Source: a virus (lineage: Duplodnaviria > Caudoviricetes). Taken from it: a DNA stretch of 64,000 nt. The notes beneath the pieces are model-generated. The model was not told where the DNA came from, did not search any database, and saw only the letters and a program-made list of their open reading frames with translations. The position numbers were made by a program, and so were the translations under genes. This document shows, piece by piece, positions 9,901 to 19,216 of the stretch (positions are counted from its first letter, which is position 1; the number at the start of each line of letters is the position of its first letter). The DNA lies in IMG/VR virus record IMGVR_UViG_3300013121_000005, positions 128,001-192,000 of that record; one strand, given 5' to 3'.

Positions 9901-10547
9901 CAGGTGGGGGGTCGTCCGCAGCCGCAGTGCCGTCCGCAGCGGGAGTAGGGGGGTCGTCTGCGTCTCCAGGGGTAGCTGTTGCTGCACCCCCTCCAACTAA
10001 GGGGGAGCAAGCAATCGTCGAGCAAATGGGGGAAGGTAACATTGATGTCGTTAGTAGCCTGAAGGATCTGTGGAGTTTGATGTCTCAGAAGGGCATCAAA
10101 CTCAACCAATCCTGGATGGATACGAAGTACAAGGATGTGATCGAGAAAGGGGCTCTTGAAGCTATTCGTAAGGGGCTAACTGAGTATGCTGTTTACACGG
10201 CAGAAGACCCTCAAAAGATCCTTGATCGAATGAAAGCGTCTGGGTTCACAGAAGTACAGGACCTGGCAAAGAAGTATGAGGATGACCGGGCTCGGCGCCT
10301 CGCAGGGAATGCTCAAGGGGGGTTGGTAACGTCTATTGGGGGAGGTCTTGCGAGGGTTGAGGCTGCCCCAGGAGAGGGTCTTGCCTCGATCGGTCCTGGG
10401 GAGCGCATTCTCCCACGAGGGGGTGGAGGCGGGGGCAATGTAGTTGTTAACGTGAATGGGATTGGGGGTGCGGATCTGGGCAACTACCTCAGGGCGAAGG
10501 TTGCAGATGCGATCTACGAGTATAAGCGTAAGGAGAAGTTCACCTAA
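6981..10547 (+). CDS. Tape measure protein
   Basis: 1188 aa, Ala/Lys/Glu-rich and helical with a Gly-rich hydrophobic segment. C-terminal GERILP..NVVVNVNG signature; canonical position. Confidence 0.85.
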   Translation: MASREELDLAFNVELNTRKLVTQMAAFDRSIQRTSMDLGNLSKKASAFGRSYEANFKSAEEAMDQFRKTVIKNESRIRNARLDEEKASTEDERKAAAERLSIAEKAASQAIRLARETAQESIKLARESAKEAQKVLIQSMDFGALTQEFSKAAAKTDWTEFRDNLQNELKEGLEEGFDSFKGKDLSGIIKGSGKFGSALLKGLGAGGGAALVRGGAKLQERGADMGGKGGAALKLVGSAMGRLGPVLGTVAKLGPLVASAASIFAALVKTVLDVEAAAKGMNKEILESAGAADILYEHGGDAQGAFKELDKTFDRIRADATNIAENIKFGMKAEDIINVTKGFNQAGVSLSSLNKSFSNAGNAAEVAGAQIQGFGDLARMSFIYSRIMGVGLSEITELQGEMFTELGMSLSGIRLQFATMTKDATEGGIATNKFFNIIRGISADLALYTTRMGQATTMLKLLGKVMNPREAQKFMQTAVQGLKQMGEEDRIRLTLLAGEGKMREVITKDLNRKTKLAYADLASASGQTLEKVSRAAAAGGDEIEEILAKVPKEQAAAFRSAMAEMKMDKNAMQKGGLVGVSEAASNLSAAGSLTATKAALQRFGGNKKLSEMTGLQALAARKASGTSLEQFRSMAKMEQAVDEQKEVMRKAFEAQKSGSVNEEQTKILARLEAIDITSADQLKAADDADIIAAMDRTSQEAIAAAAEQKDYAAETAKATSTVADKLEVVIEGIFEYLFVALKDVLSDLNEFINLVAAYTRTARPEKETRDRLRAGRTASNGKLIDALQRAAAGDAPGNLGDKLRTVIEPAFAKGMSQSAEESKKAFETASVEAAKKAKGAGLTKEEMEAAVKNGQEAYSKASAEQQMGGKAQNDLSEIAAIASKDLLQKSAQFSEIDTDKKAKFQAALGQGRSLSGAANEAGLSAKDMQGLMEETLKRMSPEDLARLAPKLQTVEAGFGGIKNRPQLPPGTPVAGGGSSAAAVPSAAGVGGSSASPGVAVAAPPPTKGEQAIVEQMGEGNIDVVSSLKDLWSLMSQKGIKLNQSWMDTKYKDVIEKGALEAIRKGLTEYAVYTAEDPQKILDRMKASGFTEVQDLAKKYEDDRARRLAGNAQGGLVTSIGGGLARVEAAPGEGLASIGPGERILPRGGGGGGNVVVNVNGIGGADLGNYLRAKVADAIYEYKRKEKFT

Positions 10548-11449
10548 TGCCTTATATTCGTTCGGCTAATCAGTCGAGATTCGACCCGCTGTTGAAGCCG
10601 GGGCCGGAGACGTATAGCCACGGGGCGGAGCGACGAAGTGGCTATATTCCTTTGGCTTTTCAGATCACTAGTCCGTACGACAACGCTACTTCGCTGCTTC
10701 CCCATGCTCTCATTTCTCACGTCAATCCGCAGAGTTTTGCGGAAACCTTCAACAAGAAGGTGGAGAGAATCCAGACCCGAGGGGGGTTTGTTGAACAGCA
10801 CTGGGGGGATGACCTTGGGGAGATCAGCGTAGACCAGTCAACTGGGGCATTTATCAACCTGTATACGGGTCTTTCGTCTATCCTACGACACCGAACGATT
10901 GCTTGGGATCGGTATCAGGACCTCTACGACTTGTTCCGGAATAACGGTTCTGTCTACGATCCCCATGGGAACATTGTACTCCAGGGGCATGTGTTGTTGA
11001 TGTATGACCGGGGGACTTACCTAGGTCATTTCAGGACGTTTTCGATGGAGGAGTCAGAAGAGACCCCGTTTGCCTTCAAGGTGTCCTGGACTTTTAAGGT
11101 TGTTGAGACGCTTTTCCAGGTCCCCCAGAACGCTCTTCAGGTTCCTGTGCGGCCCGCCGCTTTCCAGGCAAAGAATCAACTTCCGACGGATGCAGGTTCG
11201 ACAAATTATCAGGTTACGGCAAGGACTGAAGCAGAGAGGAAAGCGGGGGAAAAATCAGAGCGTGCCAACCAAGAGCTTCTGAATCGTGCCCAAAGCATTC
11301 AGGCGGAAGCTCAAAGTAGCACAGTGCAGGCCGCAGCTCAGGGGGCGGCTCAGACATTCCAGTCGGTTTCCTCGTTTATTAGTGGGTCGACAATCCCAAC
11401 TAAGGAGCCAACTCCTGTCGGCACTCCCGTGAAGCCAGTGAAGAGGTGA
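10547..11449 (+). CDS. Baseplate tube-initiator-like protein (T4 gp48/gp54-like tube fold)
   Basis: VNPQSF..KKVERIQTRGGFVEQHWGDD..YLGHFRTFSMEESEETPFAFKVSWTFKV. TAATG-coupled to the tape measure. Confidence 0.65.
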   Translation: MPYIRSANQSRFDPLLKPGPETYSHGAERRSGYIPLAFQITSPYDNATSLLPHALISHVNPQSFAETFNKKVERIQTRGGFVEQHWGDDLGEISVDQSTGAFINLYTGLSSILRHRTIAWDRYQDLYDLFRNNGSVYDPHGNIVLQGHVLLMYDRGTYLGHFRTFSMEESEETPFAFKVSWTFKVVETLFQVPQNALQVPVRPAAFQAKNQLPTDAGSTNYQVTARTEAERKAGEKSERANQELLNRAQSIQAEAQSSTVQAAAQGAAQTFQSVSSFISGSTIPTKEPTPVGTPVKPVKR

Positions 11450-11452
11450 CCC

Positions 11453-13303
11453 TTGGATTCCTCTAAGATTCTTGACCAGATCGAGACTTCGGCAGACTAC
11501 TATGGTCCGGACATCTACGCTAAGTTACTGGGGTTTTACTCCAGTCTTACGCTTAAAGAGGACTCTCTTAGTTACGACTTCATCCCTGTTTCTGGGGTCA
11601 AGTCAAATCCGAAGCTTTTCGTAGTGGGGTTGATCCCACCTGCGGCAAATGTCTCTGGTAAGCTTTTGGACCGGTCAGCTTCAGTGGCGTCCGTTCTTGG
11701 GGCTCCAGAAGACCTAGCTACTGAGGTGGCTGCAAAGAAGGGTGCCCCTGGAGCTGGCGTGAAAGCGCCTCCTATGGGCAATGGAAGCGCTGGGGCTAGC
11801 CTTCCGGACTCCTTTTGGGACTCCTATGCTCGGATGTGTAACCGAATTGGAGCAGACCCTTATGCCCTAGCGGCTGTAATCCAAAGAGAAAGTGGTTTTC
11901 GCCCAGATGCCCAGAACAAAGTGGCTGGGAAAGACAAACCTCCTGTGGCCCAAGGGCTTCATCAGATGGTTTGGTCAACGGCTAAGAACTACATGAGCAA
12001 GGAGCAATGGGATAACCTAGCTAACACCTCGGCTGAATCCCAGCTTGAGTACGTGGAGAAGTATTTTCGGGGACGGGCTCGGGGTAAGAATGCAGCCCAG
12101 CTTTATGCCATGAATTTGGGAGGTTACCCCAACCCAGATGGGTCAGCTTATGCGAGTAAAGCGGCTCAAGCTGAGTGGATTGCAGCCCATCCTGGGGATG
12201 CTGGGAAGTTCAAGAACCCAGATTACCAGGACCTAGCTGTCAAGCAGAACCCTGGTATTGGGGATGGGCAGAAGATATTCTCGTCAGACCTTGCAAAATT
12301 CGTTGAGGGGGGCCCCCCAGCAGTGCTTCGGACGAAAATCGACGAAGCACTGAAACGGGTAGGTATTGACAAGGGGTCTCTTGAAGCCCCTCCGGTGGAG
12401 ATTAGTAGCGGAGATTGGAAAGACAAGGGTAGTTCAAACGCCTCGGAGTTCAATAAGCTTCAGGCGAAGCTTCAGGACAATAGCCTTGCAAGAGATAATC
12501 TTGGGCAGAGATTTCTTCAGGCGCAGCAAGCTGAGATTGACGTTACGCGCCAAGCACTGGACAACATGCGGAACACTCCGCCTCTTCGGCTACTGGTTAA
12601 CCCTGCGTCTTTCAAGGTTAGTAGCGAGAAAATTGCTTCAGATGGGAATTGGACTCGTGATGGGGCTGTGATTGAGTTCTGGGGGGATAACCAGGATAAG
12701 CTGGAAGCTTCAGGTCGAGTGGCTGGGTTTTTTGCGATTGACTCTAACCCCCCTGAGGAGGATTCAGAGGGTGGGCCTGGGCTTACCCGAGTCGCACGTA
12801 ACTTCAGTGCAGCCTACCATAACTTGCTATCTCTTTGGCTGCTCTACCGTAACAATGCAGGGTTGTACTTGGAAGGTTTGGATGGGACTGAGCGGGCTCG
12901 CCTTTCAATGGTGGGGTCCGTCTACATCTTCTATGATGATATCTTGTACTTAGGCTCGTTTGACAGCTTCAATCTTACTGAATCTGATGACAAGCCCTTC
13001 TCTTTGGAGTACAACTTCGAGTTCACTGTTCGGTCTACGTTTATCCTTGACCGACCGGATGACCCCAGGATTTCGTCTATGACCGCATCAGGGTCAACTC
13101 CAATGGGGAACCAGACGCTTTTCCCTCCAACTGGCGGGGAGGTGCGCTTGCCAGAAACAGGATTCCAAGAGATGATCCCAGACAATGAGGTTCGTCGTCT
13201 TTTCCCTGACCCTAGAGGTTTGTCTGGAGAGACTCTCAGTCTGGAGACTGGAGTTCAGAAGGATGCTGTTGCCCCTAGACCCGCGAAGGGGGCGAGAAAG
13301 TAG
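11453..13303 (+). CDS. Tube-initiator-like baseplate protein with a lytic transglycosylase (SLT-like) domain
   Basis: LAAVIQRESGFRPDAQN..AQGLHQM..QLEYVEKYF (catalytic ES and GLxQ motifs). C-domain LVNPASF..FWGDN..YLGSFDSFNLTESDDKPFSLEYNFEFTV is paralogous to 10547..11449. TTG start. Confidence 0.8.
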   Translation: MDSSKILDQIETSADYYGPDIYAKLLGFYSSLTLKEDSLSYDFIPVSGVKSNPKLFVVGLIPPAANVSGKLLDRSASVASVLGAPEDLATEVAAKKGAPGAGVKAPPMGNGSAGASLPDSFWDSYARMCNRIGADPYALAAVIQRESGFRPDAQNKVAGKDKPPVAQGLHQMVWSTAKNYMSKEQWDNLANTSAESQLEYVEKYFRGRARGKNAAQLYAMNLGGYPNPDGSAYASKAAQAEWIAAHPGDAGKFKNPDYQDLAVKQNPGIGDGQKIFSSDLAKFVEGGPPAVLRTKIDEALKRVGIDKGSLEAPPVEISSGDWKDKGSSNASEFNKLQAKLQDNSLARDNLGQRFLQAQQAEIDVTRQALDNMRNTPPLRLLVNPASFKVSSEKIASDGNWTRDGAVIEFWGDNQDKLEASGRVAGFFAIDSNPPEEDSEGGPGLTRVARNFSAAYHNLLSLWLLYRNNAGLYLEGLDGTERARLSMVGSVYIFYDDILYLGSFDSFNLTESDDKPFSLEYNFEFTVRSTFILDRPDDPRISSMTASGSTPMGNQTLFPPTGGEVRLPETGFQEMIPDNEVRRLFPDPRGLSGETLSLETGVQKDAVAPRPAKGARK

Positions 13304-13305
13304 CT

Positions 13306-16300
13306 ATGGCTCGCAGCCCTTACCAAGGAACGTTTCGATCGAATCATCGCCCAACGGTGGTGACGGCTCCAGATGCTATTGTCTACATCAACGGAGAGGT
13401 TGACATCATTGGGTGTTCAAGCTGTAAGAGACGATTCGATTTTGGTAAGTACATCACTTCGATTCAAGTTGACTTGAGCTTGGACAGTGTGCCTGGGAGC
13501 GCCAACATTACGATGGCCATTCCAAGGCACGTAGTAGATGAGTTCTACTTTGACGGAGTGCCCTTGGTCACTCCTATGATGGAGATCGAAATCTTCGCTA
13601 AGGGCTACTACCTTCTTGAGGGTATCCCTCAGTACTACCCCATTTTCTGGGGTTTGATTACGGAGGTCAGTGATTCTTACTCTGGGGGTGAGCACACGGT
13701 TACGCTTAACTGTGCTGATATCCTCAAGTGGTGGGAAATCTGCCGTATGAACGTCAACCCGGCGTTTACTGCTCCAGTAGGGCAGGCGGGTAAGAGCATT
13801 TTCGGCAACGTTTTCTTCGGGACAAATCCTTACGACACCATCTTCACTCTAGCTAATATGGCATTTGGGGATGTCATCGTAGGGACGGGTTCCTTAGTCA
13901 GTCTCTACAAGGAAGCTGGGCAGAAGAGTACTTTCAACACAGTGTTGGGCGATATCATGCAATACTGGGCGAGCCGGTTTTCCCGGATTCGCTCCAACCT
14001 ACTCCTCTATGGGGTGAATGGGGTTGCAGTTCGAGGGGATTCAATTGCCCAAGCGTATGAGAAGGGCAAGGCCAAAAAGGGTACTCCGTTTGCTTCTTCG
14101 GCAGTTCGATTTGCCAATGGCACAGACCCCAAAAAGAATCAAGATGCCACACAGCTCATCTTTGATCCGACAGATCCTGGGGTTACAGCTTTTCGCACTC
14201 AGTTTTCTCAGGCGGGGCAGATCAACTTCTGGCAATCCGAGTACCAGACAAAGCTGGAGATTGCGAATGCCTGTAAGGAGGCTATTGGCTTCGAGTTCTA
14301 TATGGATGTAACTGGGGATATCGTCTTTAAACCCCCGTTCTACAACCTAGATATCCTCTCGAACAAGCCAGTCTCTTGGGTTCAGGACATAGACATCATT
14401 GATTGGGACTTCTCTGAGAGTGAGGCGGAAGTCGTCACTCAGATGACGATCCAGGGTAGTTTTGGGGGGGCTACAGACTATGGGTTTGGGGAAGAAATGA
14501 CCCCTAACACGTCTGTAACGGACTACCATTTACTGAGGAAGTACGGCTGGAGACCTCATACTTACAACAGCGAGTTCATGGGGGACCCCCTCATGATGTA
14601 CTACCATGGGCTCGATATCTTGGACCGTCTCAATTCACGTCGATTCACTGGTTCAATCAATGTCCCTCTTCGACCAGAGTTGCGGTTGGGGTTCCCGATC
14701 TACGTGGCCCCCAAAGATCAAATTTGGTATATCAAAGGGATTAGCCACAACATCCAGTTTGGTGGGCGAGCAACTACCTCTATCCAACTTACCGCTCGTC
14801 GGGACAAGTTCAAAGCTCCTAAGGGGATTTCAACCCTGAAGATGACGGGTGACCTTTCGGATGCAGCGTTCCAGAAGGCTAAAGCTCAGTATGACCGATT
14901 GGTGGGAAGTGGGAAGAAGGGGTCTCCTCCTAAGCCCCCTCCACCCAAGAAAGACACGGGCCCTCAGGGACCCCCTACCATAAAGCAACTTGCTCAGAAA
15001 GCGTTCACTTTGGAGCTTGGGGATGCAGCTTCTATCCCCCCGATCAACGTAGACCCTGATAATCCAAAGTCACTGGAGCCCTATGAGCCCTTGATCCTAC
15101 GCCACCCTAAAACAGGTAGGATTGTAGGTTACCCCAATGTTGTGATGGTCTACACAAGACCTTTCGACTCTAAGCTTGCGGAGAAAGCTTACTCGGGGAT
15201 TTCAGGCGAAAAGAAACCTGGGGCTAACCCACAGATCAAGTCGGCAGTTAAAGCGAAGGTAACAGAAGCTCAGCAGAAGGAACGTACACGTAAGTTGGCT
15301 CAGTTTGTTGACGATAAGGTTGATGAGCTGATTACGAAGCATAGTCGTAACAGGTACCAATACGGGATCAACTCGGCCGGTGTCTATGTGTATGCCCATG
15401 AGACGGAAAAGGTTGTTACCCAGTTTGCCTTGATCCCTCAGAAGAACATCACAGCTACAAAGGATACCTTGGAATTGGCGGGCAAGGACAGCCCTCTTTC
15501 CGGAGGTACTGCAATGGTTCGGCCAGTATCAGATGAGCGTGGATTTGAAGTCATAGGGCACTTTCGGTATGGGCGAGGAGTAGCCCTTAGGGACGGTTCC
15601 TTGATTCTCAATGAGAACCTCAATGGAGGTAAGAATACGAAAACGAATCCCGACTTGCAATTCGCTCTTAGTGGGGAGTTGTTCGGGTCTTTAACTGCTC
15701 AGTCTCAGGGCCTCACGGCTATCGAATCAGCTTACGCAAATCCTGCGGATGCAATTGCTCGTCTCCAGCCCGAGGACCTTCAGACTGCGGCAGTTTTGGT
15801 ACCAGGAGAAGGGCAAAAGAGCCCCCAGTTTACGGACACGGGTACCAACTTCGTGAGTACTGCCCCGATGAACTCCCCCGAAAACAAGGGGCTTCCTACG
15901 AGTGTGGAGGCTGGACAACTTTCACGAGCGTTGACTCTAGCTGAAATGTCTGTCCGAGAAGACACCATCCCCAACGATGAAAAATGCGAGTGCTCTATGG
16001 GTCGAGCTGACCTCGCGTTCATCAACATTGGGTACAGCGTTAAGACTTTGGGTTCAGTAGGTCCGGATACCTCCTCACTTTTCAGTAACAACCTTGTTGC
16101 CTTGAACAACTCTACTAGTAAGTTTACAGCGCTGACTTCTCAAGCCAAGGAAGCTCAGACCAACGCTAAACAGTACGACGGGCAAATCGCTGACTTGCAG
16201 AAAAAGCTAGCCAGTGCGAGTGGATTTGGAGGAGACCCAGCACTGGCGGAAACCATCAGTAAGTCTCTAGCTGAGCTTCAAAAGAAGAAGTCTGAGCTGG

Positions 16301-16971
16301 TCCAAAATGCGGAGAAGCTGCAAGCACAGGCGAATCAGGCGGAAAAGGACAAGATTGGAGCTTATGAGGACGTGCAGGGTTCAGTAGGGCAACCTCAGAA
16401 CCCAAGTCTGAAGTTCACCAACATCCGTTCCAAGGTGGAAGAGTATCTTTACGGGCTCTACTCAGCTTTGGATGGCCCCCACCAAATCCTTGAGAATGCT
16501 TTGCGGGGAGACCCTTCAGGGGCTGACCCAGACTTCCGAACAGCCCCAGACCTTTTCACGGGTCGAGAGGGAGACCCTTCTTTTGGGGCTATTGCCCCTC
16601 CTTTTGGGTCTATGAATCGTAGCGGGCTTGGGGACCCAATTGCGACTGCTCAGCAAGGTAGTTCGGCGGCAGAGGACCTCAAGAAGAAGTTCTCTGACTT
16701 TGGGAAGGACTTGCAGAAGAACGCTGAAAAGCGGGAACTTGGCCAAGAGATTGCCAACCTGAGGGCTAAAATCGACCGTCTCCAGAAGAGGTTGCAAGAG
16801 GTTCAGGCCCAGAACCAGCCCGGTCATTCCTTCTTTGCACAGGGTACAGGTGCGCTACAGGGGCGCACTCAAGTGGGCAACACGGATACCCCTGAGAAGC
16901 TCCAAGCGGAAATCGCCAAGGCTCAGGAAGAGCTTGCTCGAAAGGAGGCTGAGCTGGCTCAGCTCGGGTGA
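13306..16971 (+). CDS. Baseplate hub protein (gp27/gpD-like) with long C-terminal extension
   Basis: ITSIQVDLSLDSVPGSANIT, FEFYMDVTGDIVFKPPFYN and GSINVPLRPELRLGFPIY..WYIKGISHNI hub motifs. Coiled-coil C-terminus; precedes the spike. Confidence 0.75.
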   Translation: MARSPYQGTFRSNHRPTVVTAPDAIVYINGEVDIIGCSSCKRRFDFGKYITSIQVDLSLDSVPGSANITMAIPRHVVDEFYFDGVPLVTPMMEIEIFAKGYYLLEGIPQYYPIFWGLITEVSDSYSGGEHTVTLNCADILKWWEICRMNVNPAFTAPVGQAGKSIFGNVFFGTNPYDTIFTLANMAFGDVIVGTGSLVSLYKEAGQKSTFNTVLGDIMQYWASRFSRIRSNLLLYGVNGVAVRGDSIAQAYEKGKAKKGTPFASSAVRFANGTDPKKNQDATQLIFDPTDPGVTAFRTQFSQAGQINFWQSEYQTKLEIANACKEAIGFEFYMDVTGDIVFKPPFYNLDILSNKPVSWVQDIDIIDWDFSESEAEVVTQMTIQGSFGGATDYGFGEEMTPNTSVTDYHLLRKYGWRPHTYNSEFMGDPLMMYYHGLDILDRLNSRRFTGSINVPLRPELRLGFPIYVAPKDQIWYIKGISHNIQFGGRATTSIQLTARRDKFKAPKGISTLKMTGDLSDAAFQKAKAQYDRLVGSGKKGSPPKPPPPKKDTGPQGPPTIKQLAQKAFTLELGDAASIPPINVDPDNPKSLEPYEPLILRHPKTGRIVGYPNVVMVYTRPFDSKLAEKAYSGISGEKKPGANPQIKSAVKAKVTEAQQKERTRKLAQFVDDKVDELITKHSRNRYQYGINSAGVYVYAHETEKVVTQFALIPQKNITATKDTLELAGKDSPLSGGTAMVRPVSDERGFEVIGHFRYGRGVALRDGSLILNENLNGGKNTKTNPDLQFALSGELFGSLTAQSQGLTAIESAYANPADAIARLQPEDLQTAAVLVPGEGQKSPQFTDTGTNFVSTAPMNSPENKGLPTSVEAGQLSRALTLAEMSVREDTIPNDEKCECSMGRADLAFINIGYSVKTLGSVGPDTSSLFSNNLVALNNSTSKFTALTSQAKEAQTNAKQYDGQIADLQKKLASASGFGGDPALAETISKSLAELQKKKSELVQNAEKLQAQANQAEKDKIGAYEDVQGSVGQPQNPSLKFTNIRSKVEEYLYGLYSALDGPHQILENALRGDPSGADPDFRTAPDLFTGREGDPSFGAIAPPFGSMNRSGLGDPIATAQQGSSAAEDLKKKFSDFGKDLQKNAEKRELGQEIANLRAKIDRLQKRLQEVQAQNQPGHSFFAQGTGALQGRTQVGNTDTPEKLQAEIAKAQEELARKEAELAQLG

Positions 16972-19160
16972 CCCTCATGCAACCAAAGCGCCCTATTGGT
17001 ACGGTCCCTGGTAAAGAGTTCGTTAGTGGAGATGACCAACCGTTCACCGGAACGAAGGTGGGGTTGGTTACTCGTGTTGACGAATTCCACCTGAAATGCG
17101 ACGTGAAGGTTCTCACAGGAAATGAGGAGCGTTTCGAGATCGACCTTACTCAACCGATGGCGGGCCCTCGTAGCTTCTTGGGGGGAATTCCTGAAGTCAA
17201 CTCTCTGGTTATCATCGCTTACCGACGGATCCACAAGCAAATTTACGATGCAGTGATTCTTGGCTACCTTCCAACGGGTAACTTGCTTGGGCTCCGTTTT
17301 GATCCGTTAGCCCCTTACGACCCAGGGGAAGTTGCATCGGCTGATGTAGCCGATGCAGTCAAACTTTACGGAAAGACGATTCGGTACAAGCGTATCCGAG
17401 GTCGTCCTGGCGATATCCTCGGGATGAGTGCTGCTGGGGCGGAAATGCTTCTGTCCTCCGATGTTCGTTTTTACAACCGTGCGGGTGACTTCTTTGAGTT
17501 GCGGGATGTAGATCGTACCTTTGTCTCTCAGGCTATTCATCGGGTTGAGTCGGATTCTGCGTCTTACTTGTTTTCGGGGGCCGCTCGACGTGGGGCGATG
17601 AACTTGCCTCTTGAGATTTTTCAGAAGGACAAGGACGGTAAGTCTACTCGAACCCTTAAGACCCAAGACCAGCGATACTTTGGCCGAGACGAGTTAGGCA
17701 ACGCAGGGGTTCCGCCTAACAGTACGTTTGCCAGCACCTCTACTGGGAAAGTCCTTGATCGTATCAACTTAGATGAGGAATTTCCCCCTCTTACCTATTC
17801 CAACGGGAAGCAGGTGTTCTATGCTTCCGGGAATTACGCTACCAACTTTGAGGATGCTCTGAATGGAGGTTCGGGGCGAGCTTTTACTGAGCGCCGATTG
17901 GAGATGAGGCATGACACGGATCTCCAACAGGATGTACTGGAAGAGGTCGATGGGTTTTCGATTGATCGTCCGCGAGTGTACATTGAGCAAGTCTTTGGCA
18001 CGGTCATAGGGAACGACCCATTTTCGACCCTAGGGCAGAGGCAATACGGTAGAGTTCTCAAGCCTTTGATCTTTGAGGACTTCGACCAAACGGCTGCTCC
18101 AAGTGGTTTCCAGATGACTGAGGCAGCGCGTCCCCCTAGCGTAGCGGTGGATGAAGCTCTCACGATGGGGGCCGCCTACCTTTTTTCTATCTCTCCGCCT
18201 CAGGCAGCCTCGAAGAACAAGTTTGCTGTTGCTGTAAGCAAGCAAGGAAAGCTTTTCGCTAACATTCCTGGGTCTAGTAGTGAGAACCAACTTGCCACGA
18301 ACATCTCTGCTGAGGTGAACATGGAGGGGGCTCTCAAGATGCGACTGGGGGCTGCTAGTCCAGACCGAACCTCACTTCATTTGACTTGTGAAGGGGGTGT
18401 GTTCCTTGATATTGGCGCTAATGCAGATGGGGATGTCATCACCACGAACTTCCGAGGGGCAGTAAAGAACACCTACAATGGGGGGAACAACGTTGATGAT
18501 GTCGCACATAGCGTTGACGTTCAGGGCAACTCTGAGCGAGTTGTATCTGGGAATGACAGTCATGTAGTCAACGGGGGCTACTTGATGAAAGTGGATGGGG
18601 GTTACTCTATCCAAGCCGGACGAATCAACGAGAACGCCCTAAATGGGTACACAGGTAACTACGGGGAGTGGAACATCCTTACTTCGGGTAAGGCGCAGAT
18701 TAATGTCGCTTTACTTATGTTGGAGACCATTGCTCTTGGTGGTAAAATCTCCACGATCCTAGCAGGAGCTTTGGTCCAGAACCTTGTGGCCGGAGCGATG
18801 ACCTATAACGTGTTGGCTGGGGCAACGGCCTTCAACAGCCCAGCCGGTGCTTTTGCGGTTAACGTGGGGGTTGGTGCTTTTTCGGTTGCTGTAGCTACTG
18901 GTGCCATTGGTCTTACCACGGGGGCTGGTGCGATTTCCTTGACCACGGGAGCTGGTGCGGTCGCTATAACAGGTACCCTTGCGGTCGCTATCACGGCTGG
19001 GACAGCAATCTCGTTGATATCCCCTCAGGTGCTCCTAGGGGGCCCGCCTGCTGTTCTGGGGATTGCTCGTGGACTTCCGATGCATCCTCCTGGTAGTCCG
19101 AGTCTTGATTGGTTTACGGGTTTGCCCTTGCAAGGTTCTGCTCTTATGAGAAGCGTGTAA
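16968..19160 (+). CDS. Central baseplate spike (gp5/gpV/VgrG-like)
   Basis: N-terminal OB-fold pattern VGLVTRVD..CDVKVL..GGIPEVNSLVII..AVILGY. 8-residue VxG repeats (VQGNSERVVSGNDSHVVNGG) are followed by 9-residue xGA repeats. GTGA overlap with the hub. Confidence 0.8.
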   Translation: MTLMQPKRPIGTVPGKEFVSGDDQPFTGTKVGLVTRVDEFHLKCDVKVLTGNEERFEIDLTQPMAGPRSFLGGIPEVNSLVIIAYRRIHKQIYDAVILGYLPTGNLLGLRFDPLAPYDPGEVASADVADAVKLYGKTIRYKRIRGRPGDILGMSAAGAEMLLSSDVRFYNRAGDFFELRDVDRTFVSQAIHRVESDSASYLFSGAARRGAMNLPLEIFQKDKDGKSTRTLKTQDQRYFGRDELGNAGVPPNSTFASTSTGKVLDRINLDEEFPPLTYSNGKQVFYASGNYATNFEDALNGGSGRAFTERRLEMRHDTDLQQDVLEEVDGFSIDRPRVYIEQVFGTVIGNDPFSTLGQRQYGRVLKPLIFEDFDQTAAPSGFQMTEAARPPSVAVDEALTMGAAYLFSISPPQAASKNKFAVAVSKQGKLFANIPGSSSENQLATNISAEVNMEGALKMRLGAASPDRTSLHLTCEGGVFLDIGANADGDVITTNFRGAVKNTYNGGNNVDDVAHSVDVQGNSERVVSGNDSHVVNGGYLMKVDGGYSIQAGRINENALNGYTGNYGEWNILTSGKAQINVALLMLETIALGGKISTILAGALVQNLVAGAMTYNVLAGATAFNSPAGAFAVNVGVGAFSVAVATGAIGLTTGAGAISLTTGAGAVAITGTLAVAITAGTAISLISPQVLLGGPPAVLGIARGLPMHPPGSPSLDWFTGLPLQGSALMRSV
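18915..18959 (+). repeat. 27-bp-period repeat (ACCACGGGRGCTGGTGCG x2) within the spike beta-helix repeats
   Basis: Copies at 18915-18932 and 18942-18959 encode TTGAGA. Confidence 0.85.
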
Positions 19161-19184
19161 ATTCGAGGGGTTTGGAGGATCGAT

Positions 19185-19195
19185 ATTCGTTCAAT
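19185..19195 (+). promoter_or_regulatory. Putative late promoter motif (ATTCGTTCAAT) upstream of the HNH gene
   Basis: 10/11 identical to 46483-46493; ends 22 nt before ATG 19217. Confidence 0.5.
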
Positions 19196-19216
19196 AATGG
19201 CGACTCAAGTAGAGTC

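Noticed and set aside
19109-19216. Longer 288-aa HNH start or an intron in the spike gene
   Set aside because: The extension overlaps the spike C-terminus and the promoter-like motif. The spike ends cleanly and no intron core or split exon is evident.
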